NCBI GenBank assembly: GCA_000165425.1
Contig: CT868629.1
Coordinates: 62,001 to 126,000 of the forward strand
Length of the DNA stretch: 64,000 nt
Direction of reading: 5' to 3'
DNA from: Paramecium tetraurelia
Lineage: Eukaryota
Position numbers and translations under genes: made by a program. Each line of letters starts with the position of its first letter. Positions within the stretch are counted from its first letter, which is position 1. Below the pieces are notes generated by a model. The model was not told where the DNA came from, ran no database searches, and was given only the letters and a program-made list of their open reading frames with translations. Positions 44,301 through 60,200 of this stretch are shown here, one piece after another.

Positions 44301-45549
44301 TAATAGAATCAGTTGGCCGCTATTGAGGCAATCTAAAAATAGGCTTAGCTATAATTAAAGATTCCTTCAAAGAATCATACAAAATCTTAAGTTTCTGAAC
44401 TAGAATCTATTTAACAATAATAAATCAATTAGCAAATAGAGATCTCTGAAGTTAAAGCAAATGCAAATCATTCAATAAAAGAAGTGAATGCAGGCCTTGA
44501 TAATAATCCGATCGTGTAAATTTAGTGTCCCATAGCTGTGTTCAAGCATTTTCCAAAAAATAGAAAATTCTATCCTGAATAAGTACCTTAAAAGCCAAAA
44601 AATATTAATCCTGAAAGTTTAGACCTAATATTCCCTTACAGCAGTCCTGAAGATTACTTTAATAACAAACCATAGAAATCAAGAAAAGGTAAGGTGATTT
44701 AATAGAATTAAAATTTTGATGATATTTCTCATTTGAACAGAGATAATGTGACCTTTTTCAAACAGCGATGTTTAGGATCTTAAGGCATTTTGTATGAAGA
44801 TTATGGGATACAGTTTGGATTATTGTATTAAACTCAAGTTGCATAGAATAAAACATATTTTACATATGGATTATATGTATCAAATAGTTAGGGAGCTAAA
44901 CAGGATTTCACGGTGTAATTTTTGGAAGTTGAAAGTAAAAATTATAATGATATCTATTTTAGAATTCTAACAATTTTGGGCGTCCCCCTTAGAATTTTCA
45001 AAAACTTTAGATGAAGATTCTAACGAGTTAATAGAGATATTGATTGGATCGAATAAGATTCCTTATTAAATTTTGACATTGTAAATTTCTCACTTTGAGA
45101 CCCATCCATTCTAAATTTACATTCCAAATCACATCTGCTAATAGATAATTTATAGAGAAATCAAGGTGAGTGAATTTAAGAATAAATGGAAATCGCAGAT
45201 ATCTAATTAAATTCGAACACCATTGCTTAATTTAAATAAAGGAGTGATGAAAGATATTTATAACTTCTAAAAGTAAATGCCAAAAACAATAATTTTAAAT
45301 AACAACAAAATTAATGATTTTGAAATGGGAATAGATGAAATAAAATTGGGAGGTTTAGGATATGTTTTAGACATTTCATTTTTAATAAAGGTATAAAAAT
45401 CTATTAATATATTTTAGTTTGAAATTTTACCAAATGATAAAATCTGCATTTATCTATCTTTTGAATCTAAATTCACCACAAAAAGACAGATACTTGAACA
45501 AATATTAAATGGATATGCATTTATATTAGGAGATGGCAAAAGCTTATGA
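41323..45549 (+). CDS. VHS + GAT-like + long coiled coil + alpha-adaptin-appendage-like trafficking adaptor
   Basis: VHS-like LAMECIKAWALFF...FIQLYMDLERKGYKF, GAT-like LFHDLRSEVMAKTQEMDIMVNELIDYDEEDLAGEVMLEMDNLQTL, and ear-like FFKQRCLGSQGILYEDYGIQFGL and IKVSEFKNKWKS. Confidence 0.75.
42579..42734 (+). repeat. About 4 x 39-bp coding tandem repeat (EERKKKEEQxRQx)
   Basis: gaagagagaaaaaaaaaagaggagtaacagcgttaagag / gaagagagaaaaaaaaaagaggagtaggatcgttaaaat / gaagagagaaaaagaaaagaggagtaagatcgttaaaat / a degenerate fourth unit. Confidence 0.85.
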
Positions 45550-45701
45550 TTAATTATATTCATTTAAAAAGTATTATAAATAATTTGGTCTAAAATAGAA
45601 ATTTTATTTGGAAATATGAATTAAATATAATATAAATCATTTGGAAAACAGCTATTATAAGATGGAAATTACAAAAAATATAATATTAGATAAAGAAAAA
45701 A

Positions 45702-46597
45702 TCAATTAAGAATAGAATTTGGTACGAGAGCATTAAAAAAATCTAATGGAAATTTAGATTTGCCATTTTTAGGAATGATTAACTTATTAGACTGCCTTGT
45801 ATTAATTTTAGAATTCCCTACTCTACTTTATTCAGCGAATTTCTTTTTTAAATCTTGTGTAGACAAACAAAGTAAATCTAAAATTCTCTCTTTAGTTTAT
45901 TGATTTAAAACAGGGATTTCTTTGTTTTTCTTATTTTCTTTGGTTTCTAAAAAAAATTAACTATCTTGATCTAGTTCAATAAAGTTTTCAGTCTTTTTGT
46001 CTATTTTTTTTATACTGCTAACAATTTTGTCTCCCAATAATGAAGCAAATTTATCCCTGGGTTCTTATGGGATTGATTATTTATGAAGACGAAATAAAAT
46101 ATCTTGGGACTCATCTTATTTAGAAATGGAATGTTGAGCGATTTCATTAGGCTCTGTTTTCATTTTAATTAATGGAGTAAAATTTTTTCTTCTATCAGTT
46201 CGCAACTTAATATTATTGATGTGTTAACTCTACTGTTTTTTAATGGGTATTATATTAGAACTTTAATCATCGGATTTGATTCTCCTAGTAGTTGGTAGTT
46301 TGTATACTGAAACATCACTTATAATTTTATATTTTGATAAGGATCCGTCATGTAATGGCGAATATAGAGTTGGAATACGTTTAACGGGATTGACGCGATG
46401 CCTCCATATGTATAATAGAATTACATATCTTTGAAATGTGTAGGTGAACTTAATGGATGAGCAAGATTGGGCGTTTTCCTTCGAACTCCCTAACTGTTCG
46501 AAGGGGTATCTTCTTTATTAAGAAAGCTTATCTTATTTGTGGAGTGGCGAGACGAAAGGTTAGGAGGTCTTATGAAATATGGTTGTTGTTGTCTCAT
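45702..46597 (-). CDS. Hypothetical low-complexity protein
   Basis: MRQQPYFIRPPNLSSRH...[intron]...KSKFPLDFFNALVPNSILN-TGA. Confidence 0.65.
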
Positions 46598-46625
46598 TTA
46601 TATTGGAAATAAATAAAATATAATA

Positions 46626-48427
46626 ATGAGGTTTCTGATAGTAAATGGGTTCAATGCATCTGCATCTTGTGCAAAAGCATTTGAATATTTTAGGAACAGC
46701 ATTTAATGTGTATATAATAACATTAGATTTAGATGATATCGAAATAGAGGGAAGTAGCAGATACTGAATGTGAGTATCATTTTCGAGATCGACATTCTTT
46801 GGATGATTTCCTTTATGAACCGGAGACAAGTTTGATCAGAATGGAATATGGATAGAAATTTAATTCAATTGATATTGTGTTCATTATCGCTTCTCCGAAT
46901 TCAAAACCTTGGAATCCAAATATGAGAAAGGTATAAATACACATAAATATCGAGATAATAACCTTGATCAGGATGTGTTTGAAGACCAAAAAGTTATTAT
47001 TCTCAACTTCATTTGGAGCTTAGGCTATAGCTTACCTTTGTTCAACAAATTTCTCTTTGGTAACCAAATAAATTCTATTCAAAAGCATGCTTCCATTACG
47101 AACAATCACGGGGAAGGTTGTAAATTGGTAGATTTTCCAAAATACACTCTACAGGCATTGAAGAATGGTCCGAATGAATACTTCTTGGATTCGACCACAG
47201 GAGATCTATATCTGTACAGCAAAGTGACTGATGAATGGTTGCCAAAAGCGAACATTGGTTTGCATAATAGGAGAGATGCTATGGAATATCAGTCGATTGG
47301 TAAGTACATTGTGAAATCACCAACTTATAAACCTAAATAGAATATGTTGGCAAATCAAAATGAAATGATCTGTTAAATAAAAAAGCAGTTCTTGCATCAT
47401 TGGTTATTTAGAGGTGTAGCTATGGAATTTGCAATCACCTCTTGCAATTAATGGGACATTCATGCAATCACGTTCACAAATCCAGAGAAAGTATGTTATT
47501 GAAGTGAATAAATTAGAAATTCAATTCATTAGCAGAGCACAATCTGAGAGGACCCTTAATCATTGAGAGTGACAATATAATAGCAACTATGTTTGAGTTG
47601 GAACCAAAGCAAAAAGATACTGTTAAAATATTGTAGAATTTTATTGACAATGCAGTGAAATTGATTAGATTCAATAACAGTTATAATCTTATTAGCATTA
47701 CTAATGAGAAGTACTTTTCGGGAAATAAAGGATTGGACAACATCGAGATTATACTTCAGTAGAAAAAGAAGATAGGCAATTTGAATCCTGAAGATCTGTT
47801 GAAGAGATAATAAAAGAATTTCATGCTAGAATATCGGAAATTACTGAACACTGCCATCCAAGAGACTGAGAGAGACAAGATATTTCATGTTGGATTCTCA
47901 GTCAAAAAGGATAGATTACCAGAGTATTACTCTATTAATATAGTTTTGTATAGCAAAATAATATCTAAGAGAAGAATTATAAAGTGGTGAGACGCAAATC
48001 ATTTCAAGTCAAGAAGGCTCAATTCTTAAGATAACAGAGTTAGATTAATGTTGGTGGAGATGATGATTTCTAAATGAAGGATTTGCAAGATGAGGCTCAA
48101 AAAAAACCATTGCCTTTCTAACGTGTTATTGCTACTGCAAATAACAGTAAGAGATTGAATTCAAAAAAATATTCAAATCCCAAAACACCCAACACCATAG
48201 AGAAGGAGGACTATGAAATTTAGGAGTTCGAAATTAAGTGGATGAGTCAAACAGGAGTAAGGAAAATACTCCATCCGACTTTGGAAGATGAATTCTTAGG
48301 ATCAAATAAGACATGGGTCCCAGGATTCCTTTCCAAGGATAAATTGAAGAGCAATAGCATTGTTTAAAGTTAAAGAGGACAGCACAATTAGAATAATAGA
48401 TTTCACACAGACTCCCTTGTCGGTTGA
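46626..48427 (+). CDS. Class I glutamine-amidotransferase-like fold protein, degenerate active site
   Basis: MRFLIVNGF, IDIVFIIAS..KPWNP, LIRMCLKTKKLLFSTSFGAQAIAY, HHWLFRGV and DNIIATMFELE. Several short introns. Confidence 0.65.
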
Positions 48428-48464
48428 TAAAAATTATTATTCAAAAATATATAATTTATTTTTT

Positions 48465-50395
<1,931 letters not shown>

Positions 50396-50420
50396 TTATT
50401 TTAATTTTATACCTATGTAA

Positions 50421-52190
50421 TCAATCAATTCTTTGTAATGCTTCAATATAAGCTAATGTTAATCTTTTGGCTAATTCCTCATTCTATAATTTCTTTATAA
50501 TTACCGAGGCCTTCCCTTCTTCATCTAAAGTGATCTTAAATATTTAGAAATTATTACTCTGCAAATAAATGCGTTTTTATTTAAACTTCCAGATAACAAT
50601 AATTAATTCTTAACTTTATAATTTATAGAATATTGAATGCATTTTTACACATCTTCCAATCCATTTGGGAATACTTCAGAGTCAAATGAAAACTGTTTGG
50701 AAATTAAAACTTTAGGGATATTTTGATATTCCTTCACCAACTCTTATTCTATTGCATAATTATAAGTGACAATATTTGTGAGTTTCAAATAAAAAGTAAT
50801 TATTTCTGGGAAACCTTATTACCAATCAATATTTATCTCAACTTCAATATCGTTCTGAGTAAGCAAAGATTTATCGATGTTTCTAAGTTCTAATCTGATC
50901 TGTTATTCTGGTTCCAGGTTATTATTTTCCTTTAAGTTAGGATAAATACATTCTAAGATATTAATATTATTACAACGATCTTCGCATTTAATTTAGACTT
51001 ATAAATCCTTCATAGGTTTTTCAATACATTTCAAATATATAGCAACGTCAATGGTATTGTCATATATTTTTTATTGTCTGGCTAGTAAGAAATTCTCTTG
51101 AACATGAAAGACCCCTTATCCATCTAATAGTCTTCGCTTTTTTTGTGGGTATGATGTATCAATTGAAACTAAGGGTATATCTTCATATTATTTTTTGATG
51201 GGAAATTTTTCGCCATCAAAGTTAAACATAGAATCAAAAATGTCTTTATTATTTTGAGAAGAGCCTAACATTCTAGAGGTATGAGATTAATCAGAATCAG
51301 CTGTTTTTGGTTGACTAGAAATTGAATTGTCTAATTGTTATAATTCCTTCTTTCTCTTAGAAACCAATGTATCCAGCTATTCCAACTCTTTTTTCCTCTC
51401 ACTAATTTATTTGTTAAGATTATCCAATATTTATTTACCCTCCTATTTATTTTCAGCCTCTAGTTAATGATCTTATATTACTTAATCATTATTTATAATT
51501 TATGGCTTATTATCTTAATGAATTTCCTTTTAAAAAGTGTTATTTACTTTATTATCATTAGAATTAGATTAAGTCTCTGGTTCCTCATCAGACACAAAGT
51601 CTGAGACTAAATTTTATCTCTTCCATTTATCCTTAATAAATTTGTAATTCTTATCTACATAAAAATTTTGTTTAAGGTAAGTATATTGATTCTTTTTAGT
51701 TATAACAATTGCATTTTCTTTTTGTTATTTTTTATATATTTAGTACTCACTCAAAAATTTAGAAGTCGAGTAATCTGATGTTTGCGGATATGCATGAGCC
51801 CAAAAACTAAGCAACTCTTTACATAAAATAACAGAAGATAGAATAAATTATTATGCTTTTGGTTCAAGCTCTTTGGAATAATTTTAATTATTGAATATGT
51901 AGCTTCTAATTGAAGGTAGGACTATATTTTAGAAATGAGCAAATAGGAATTCTTCATTCTTTTTTAGAGTAAGTCTAAAACACAGCTAAAGCAAATCAAA
52001 TAAATAGTACTTTGACCATAGAAAATTGAGATATGTATCTCTATTTGTCATTGTCTAAGGATTATTAAATACTGAGACATAAATCACTGAAATTGCCTTT
52101 CATATTATTTAGTACTATTCTTTCACATTCATTGTAGCCATTAAATTCTTAATCTAAATTGCTCTCTCTATACTGTTTTAATTTCTCCAT
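50421..52190 (-). CDS. Short VHS-like + appendage-like adaptor, divergent paralog of 41323-45549
   Basis: VILCKELLSFWAHAYPQ...SKFLSEYQ, KKRRLLDGQGVFHVQENF and VAIYLK. Three introns fall at positions equivalent to those in the 41323 gene. Confidence 0.65.
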
Positions 52191-52248
52191 ATTATTAAAA
52201 TAATTAATACAATAGTATATAATAAATATAGAAATACAGATAGAATTA

Positions 52249-53893
52249 TCAGAGCGCATCAAACATCAATTGTTGAAACTGCTTGAAATTTATCTAAAAT
52301 AAGTGACTATAATACTTACTTAATTATTTTCATAGGCAGAAAATTATTATTTCAACTATTGTTTTTTATTATGATACAAAGAGCACATTTTGGATAACGA
52401 AATGAATCCTTCTACATCTGAAAGTAGTTTGAAAGCTTCTTTTAAATTGTCTTCCGTGATTAATGTCTCTTTATTTATTACTCCAATCAAAAATTCTTAA
52501 AAGTCGATTTCCCCGTTTTTATTAATATCAATCCACTTGAAGACTTTATCCACATGTTCCTTAACCTCTTGAGGACTACTGAAATGCTTGATATACGCAG
52601 TGGTGAGATCTTATTTGCTGATTTTGCCATCATGATTCACATCAAATTATCCAAAAAGTTGATAAAAGAATTGCTCCTAATCAGCTGAAAAGGTTGAAAT
52701 CATAAACTGCAAGAAACAGCACTATAGAAAATTCAAAGGATGATTGTTTTCTAATTGTTAGACTATTTATTTCTATTCTTCATGCTGATTCTCTATAAAG
52801 TGTTTTAGCCAATGATCATTTAATGCTTCAGTTAATTTAATTCTTTTTGAAGGATTAATTTAGAGGAATCCTTTAATAAAATTCACCGATTCAGCTGGTA
52901 AACATTTGGTTTCTAAATTCTCTTGTAGTGAATATTTTCGTATCTCCTCAAATACCTCTTCTTTGTTGTTACCTTAGAATGGGAATTGGCCAGACAACAT
53001 TTAGAAGAGAATAACTCCGATACTCCAAACATCTCTTTCTCGAGTGAAAAGGTCAGGAAATTTTATAGCTTCAGGTGCCATGTATTAAAAGATTTGTTTT
53101 TCTGAAATATAGGATTTTAAGTAAATAGGTTTAAAATCGACTAATTTAATGTAGTTCGAATTTGATTAATTGCACCTTTGGAAGGAAGCCAATGTTAATG
53201 CACCGTGATTTACTTCTTTTTGGTGGAGGTGTTTGACGACTTCTATGATTTATTTCAAAATCAGGGCTGCTTATTATTGAGTGTAGACTGAATTATGCAG
53301 GTTTTAGGATAATATCGCCCCGTTGCAGAAATCATGTATTATTTGATAATTATTACTATCCTAAAATATTTCGAAAATTCTTATTAAATTAGGATGGTTC
53401 TATATTAGGATAAACTAAATACTAGTTAGGTTTAGATTATGGATTCCATGAGTTAATCTCCTTGTTCTGTTTTTCTAATCATTTCAGCCACCATTATTCT
53501 CCCACTGAGATTATGTTAGACGACGACAATTTGGTCATTCTATTTTAATCTATAGTGAAATTGATCTTTGTTTAGCATCGTGTAGTGTTTCGAAAATTGG
53601 GTATGTTTTATTGATACCCAAGTTTTGAGAGTTCCACCCAAACCTGAATTTTCAACGATCTAATCAGCCCAAAACATACGCTTGGGTTGACGAGTAGAGG
53701 GTGTAGCAGCAAACTTAGACAATATTTACTTTGGAGAGGAGGCCGTTGGTTTGATGCATTTAATGGTTTTTTCAGATTTAACTAGTCTTTGAATATCCAG
53801 TGACTATTCATTTGGAGGGGATTATTTAGCTTGTTGTTCATTCTGTTCTGTGATTTTTAGGTTATGTTAATGTTTAGCTGAACAGATTCCCAT
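52249..53893 (-). CDS. CDPK-like pseudokinase 5 (MGIC N-terminus, EF-hands)
   Basis: VQHNLSGRIMVAEM, HPNLIRIFEIFQD, VNHGALTLASF, KLVDFK, YMAPE and RDVWSIG. EF loops DVNHDGKISKQD and DINKNGEIDFQE. Confidence 0.9.
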
Positions 53894-54257
53894 ATTTAAA
53901 TTAATATTTTATGTTCTATATCATCAGTTTATTTAAGAAAACTTTAGTGTTGGTAGCAGATAAATGGGGAGAGTGTCTAAATGCGAAGAGAGGAGGGTGG
54001 GAATCGAGAGTATTTTCTAAAGAAGTGAATAATTTAAATGGTTATTTGATATGAAATTAAATTAATAATGATCATGTAAGTAATGTACGAAATGAAGATT
54101 AAAAATTAGAATAAAATAAGAATTCTTCATGATCTAGAATATACTTATATGACGATGATTTGTTTGTTTAAAAGTCTTTGATTTTTATTAGATTTCTAAT
54201 GATACACACCTATTTATTTGTGTGTATTATGTATTATAATCGGTGATATTTAATTAA

Positions 54258-57200
54258 ATGAACACAGAAGAGTTAAAGGAAGCCATTAAGAGAATTGGGC
54301 AGTGTTAATAAGAGTAAGTTGAATGTGGTAGCAATAGGTCTTAATAAGATTTGGAGATTGTGTGGCAACAAATCCAACACCCTGTGGGGATTGGATTTAT
54401 TGTATCAATGTGCAAAGAACGTAATCGAATTCAGACAATACACAATGTATTGGAAAGTAAGTATCATCTTATTATGGATAGTCTGCGAATAAAATCTTGA
54501 TGCACATAGTGAAGGTGTGTTTAAATAATCGGGATCAATTGAAGGCTTGGGAAACACTTCGTCTAACCATAGATCCAGAAAAGCAATTCTACAAATGTCA
54601 TGAGTTAGTCTAGATGGATGAAGACCAGGTAATCAAATCCAAAAGATTTTTAGTTTTCCCATCTGGAATTCACTTAATAGGAATTTTGTGCAAATCTGGA
54701 AGAAGGTTAAGATGTTGATGCATTATATGAGGACGAGAAAGGCAATGTGATTGGATGGTGTAGAGCAAATATCGTGAAGATTAATGAGAAATATGTGTGG
54801 GTCAAATGGTATGAAAATGAAGAGAAGAGAAAGATTGCTCGTTATTCGATGGATCTGGCACCATATAAGAGTAAGGTGACAGATGATGAATGGCAATGGA
54901 GACATTCTCTTACTGCAGGCGATGTAATAGATTGCTTCGATAATCGTGTGTGGTAGAATGCTACTATTGTAACTGCTTTCAATGAAGAGGATAAGGAGTA
55001 TGTGGTTGGATTTAGGGTGTATGATGAGAAAGGCAATTAGTATGACTCCTTAAACAGGAGGTACTTTGGTTGGAATCAATAATACGATGAAAGGATCAAA
55101 GCAGTGAGTCCAAGAATTCAGAAAAGAAATGCATTTTCAAGAGGATAGCCATCTAATCCTCATTGTCAAGAGGAGATCATCCATGATTGCAATGATTTCC
55201 TCTATCCCAACACTGATTATGCTGTCCCTAGATTTTAGACCAAATAGGCTAGAAGATCAATTGTTATTTGTGAAATGATCAATGAATTTGGCCGCGCTGG
55301 ATTATTTCAGTACATAATGGATTAAATTCTGAATAAATGCACTATTGATTTCCTGCATAGTTACATAGTATTATTGAATAATTTCTAAGAAATGTTGAAC
55401 AGAGAATTTGTTCAAACCTATATCCCGTAATTATTTGAGGCAGTCTAAAATAATATTTTATAATCAGCCGATAACAATTTGAGGAACTTCTCAACTCAGA
55501 AGATAACTGATATTTTACAATCATTAAGCAATTTATTGAAGAGAGTGTTCGCATTGCAAAAGAGATAAGAAATGATTGACAGATTGGATTTGGATATAGC
55601 GTATAAATGTTTTACCAGTGATTTCTTAGAGAGGAAGATTCAAGGCTTGAAGGCAATTTAGGAGTTGATAAAGAAGACAAAAGATCAATACAATCAATAT
55701 GGGATGTAGGAGTGGTAGAAACAGGCTGCCATTCAAATGATATTAGAGTGGTTGAATGAAAAAAAGATATTTGAGAGTCTTTACGTTGGATCTGGGAATT
55801 CTCATTTAGTATAGAGAAGTGCTGAATTCTTTAAGTTTTTGATAGAAGAAAAAATGATCAGTATTAACAGTTTTAAAGATATCTGGTATAGTTTAGAGAA
55901 AGCTGAGTATGAACACAAATTAGCTATCTTTAAATTATTTAAAGATGTTTCAAATTCGCTAGAGAAGGAGTGGCTAGATTTCTTGACTGATGCTGTTTGC
56001 AGTAAGGATCCCAAAGATGTCACAAAAGATGATTTGGAATTGTTACTTGACATCATTAAGATGAATTATAGATATAAGGATGAATACATCTAGAAATGTT
56101 GCAATTACTATTGGACAGTGTTGAAGAGTGGGTAATTGAATCAGACAATGTTGGAACAATACATATCCTATTATATTGATTAAGTCACACAATACGAAAT
56201 GAGACCTCACAAAGGGACCTAGATCAGTATGATAGGAGAGAGTATTGTGAATGGAGAACAAGTTAATGTTGGTTTGAAAGTGTTGATCAAATTGATAGAG
56301 AAATTGAACATTCAGCCAGAGGCTTGGGAATAATATACTAGAAATGTGGCATTGACAGACTTGGAAAGCAAATTCAAAATAGTTGAGGAGATCATCAAAT
56401 CTATTCCTGAATTGAAGAAGTAAAAGGATTATTTGGATGAAATCAAGATTCGAATGCAGTTCATCCAATTCTTCTATTAAAATATCAGTACTTATGAATA
56501 TAGATTGACATTTAATATCATCTCAAGTATTTGGGAACAATTGGTTTGTTAATCATCAAGTCAGCAGGAGAAAGATCTGGTGTATAAGTGGTTTAGTGCT
56601 TTGTCAACTTAAGATGGACAATCGCAATTGACTTCGATGGTACCTCTCTAAGATTTGAAATCCTTTTTCTATGAGAAAATGACTAACGACCTAATTCAAT
56701 TGACTGAAGAAGGATTTAATTGTTTTAAGACAGTTATGACAGCAATAAATAAATAGGAAGACAATGGCTTTGGTCTGGATGTATTGTGGTAAATGATTCT
56801 GGAAACAGAGAATGAGAAGGTCTCTCAATCAGCAATTGATTTTTATCTTTCATTTGAAAGTACATTAGACGTTTTATTCAATAAATTACAAGAGAATAGA
56901 AACAACAATCAAAAATTACATAGATGCTTATTAGTATTGGAGGGATTCATAGACTAAAGTGAAGTGAATGGAGTAGGCAACCTGAAGAGTTTGAATGCTT
57001 TGTCCTAAGGAGAAGAATTGTAAATCTAGATATCATATGAGCATGGAAATTAAAAGAAGTTTACTATTAAGATAAATGATAACCAAACTATTATTGAGTT
57101 GAGATTGGCAATAAGCAAAGTCATCAAATAACAATGGGATTCCATTGGTTTGAATAGTTTGAAAGGTGAAATTAAGTTTACCGAAAATGGCAAAATGATC

Positions 57201-60200
57201 AAAGATTTGAGACTTAAAAAAGGGGAAATCATCATGGTCTTTAGAAAGTAAGTTAAAGAAATACAAGAGGCTAATCTATTGGATGGAGACGTGTTATCAG
57301 AGGGAGCAAAATAAGTATTTGGAGAGATCTTTAGTGAATATTCCTCTGAGGGGAAAATGAGTAAAGAAGATTGCACTCGATTTGTTACTGGTTGCACAGG
57401 TAATCCTTGTAGTATTGATGATGCCAATATCTAAAGAACATTCGAATAATATGATAAGGACAAAGATTCCATTCTGACTTTGAGTGATTTCTTAGACTTT
57501 TACACTGATTCTGCAAGAACCAAGAAATCAACAGTCTGGCTCAATCTCCAAACCTTGCATTATAGAAATGATCTAATCAGAGGAGATAGAGTACCCCTAC
57601 CCTAAGTCAATGCTCAGCTATTACCCAGAGGATAAATTGTGTAGAATCAAAGGTATTTGGATTTGCTCTTTGAACTTTTACAGAATTCTAGTAATGAAGT
57701 TTAAGAGAAAACTTGGTATTTATTGAGAAGGTTGCCCCCCTCCCCTTAATTGATCAAGTAGATGCTCACCTTTGAGAATATCTAATAGCCTACTGACTGG
57801 GATCAAATCCTAGTTAGCAGTCATTACAGATTACTTTACAGTCTATACATCATTGAGTTCCTGATGAATCAATATGACTCGAATAATTTATAAGCATTGA
57901 TAGATGATCAAGAGATTCTGGTGTTGAAGGATAAATGGATGAGTAAGTTTTTACAACTTGGTGGATTCGATAAGTTATTACAATTCTTTAAATAATATTA
58001 AGGCAGGAGTGTGAGTACTCTGCCTCAAATTGAAAAAGAAATCCTGTCATTCCTTTTAAAAACATTCTAAAACTATGTGATTGCTGCTTGTGCCACTAAT
58101 GTGCCTAATTTGTATAAGGCGTCAAGGGGTATTCAAATTATCAAACCTTTGGATCAAGTGTTACTCGATATTAGATAATCTGAGGATCCTGAGGAGTTCA
58201 AATTACTGGTGCAAAAATTGAAGGAGAGTCGTCTTGGTGATAGTATAACTGAGAAGATCGAGAAATTCATTAGTGTCTTAATAAACTTAATTTAAGAATT
58301 ACTTAAGAGTAATGAATTGGAACAGGAGGATCGACAGATCATTGAACATAGTGTTATAGTAATCATTGTAATCTTATTACATAATTAAGAATTACTCACA
58401 AATAGCATAGAGAATGTTGAATTCATTAATATCTTCTTTAGTGGAATCTTCACTGATAAATCTGATAGTGTCCGTAATTTATTTAGTAGAGCAATACTAG
58501 TGCTTTGTCATGAAAGTCAGAAGCGAAACAATCAACCAACCAAAATTATACTGTAACAATTGATTTCCATGTAAAATCAACAAGCCAATTCATCCTAATA
58601 TTACGAATTATTAAGTCAATTGATCGACAGTGCCTTTGAGAGTGAAGACTCTTCACAGTTCATTGATTATCAATAATTGACACAATAAGTGCTTGATGGT
58701 CTGATTAATCATAAAAGTATAGAGACCAGATAAAAGTCTACAGCTGTTGATAAAATCCTTATTGGTCTATTGAATTTGTTAACAAAATTGCACAAATTTA
58801 TAAAACAACCAATTCATGACATCATATTCAACGATTGCTTGTTTAGTCTCTCGGATGAGAAGGAAATAAAGTGCAAATCAAATGAGAGTAGACAAGCTGC
58901 ATTTAAGTTGCTCTATCAATTATCAAATTAATAGAGTAATTGTGAGAACATTCTGTTGAATCTCCAATAGTTGAGCTAGAAGATTCCAGTTCTAAATAGA
59001 TGGAATTATATTCCTTCAAGTGACATGAGAAGTTCGTTTGGTTATTCTGGAATAAGAAATCTTAGATGCATTTGTTATATGAATGCTATGCTCCAACAAT
59101 TTTACATGACTCTTCCTTTTAGATATGGTATCTTGTAAGCTGATGATGGCCAAGAACCTGACATGTAGTAAAGCAAAACTGGATTTCAATTTGATGACAA
59201 TGTCCTTCATCAATTATAATAGATGTTTAGTTATTTAGAGTTATCTGATCGCGTTGATTATAATCCTTAGGAGTTCTGTGCAGCATTCAAGGATTATGCA
59301 GGAGAACCAGTGAACATCTTTATTTAATAGGATGCTTAAGAATTTTTGAATATGATATTTGATAAATTGGAGAATCTCCTTAAGAACACTGTGTATAAGA
59401 ATATATTGGATGGAGTCTTTGGAGGCAAAACTTGTACATAAATTGAATGTTAGAATTGCAAATCCGTAAAAAACAAGGATGAAATCTTTTATAATTTATC
59501 AGTTCCTATTAAGAACCTCAAAAATCTTTAGGAATGTTTCGATAAGTTTGTATAGGGGGAAATCATCTCAGATTTCAAATGCGAAAGTTGCAATCAGAAG
59601 GTTGATGTGAATAAGAGGTAGTTGTTAGCTTAATTGCCAAATGTTTTAATAGTGCATTTATAAAGAATCGTGTTCAATTTAGATACATTTATGAATGAAA
59701 AAATCAATTCTCGTTTGGAATTCCCTATAAATTTGGATTTAGCTCAATACACAATTAATTAAGATCAATGTACACAATATAAATTGGTTGGTATCGTAGT
59801 TCATTTGGGAACTGCAGATGTCGGACATTATTTTAGTTATATTGATATAAAAAATCAAGATTAATGGTTGGAATTCAATGATCATAAAATAAAGGAATTT
59901 AAATTGAAATAAATGGAGAATGAATGTTTTGGAGGTTAATCAAATCTAGAATACAATGACAACGATGTTTGGGGCAATGGTTTCAGAGAGAACTCCTAAA
60001 GTGCCTATATGTTAATCTATGAAAAGGTATAAAAGGACAAAATCAAATTGGAATTCAACTCCGAAGAAGAATTACAAAAGTCATTGTCCAAATTTGACAA
60101 TTACACTATACAACCTAATAATGAGTTATTAGTGGATTACAATTCATTCAAATAACATATACCAACTCAATATCATAAAAAAGTGAATAGTGATAACTAA

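Noticed and set aside
53955..54015. Purine-rich tracts upstream of genes (also ~2540-2570 and ~22400-22440 minus)
   Set aside because: No shared consensus could be defined by eye, which is insufficient to call a regulatory element.
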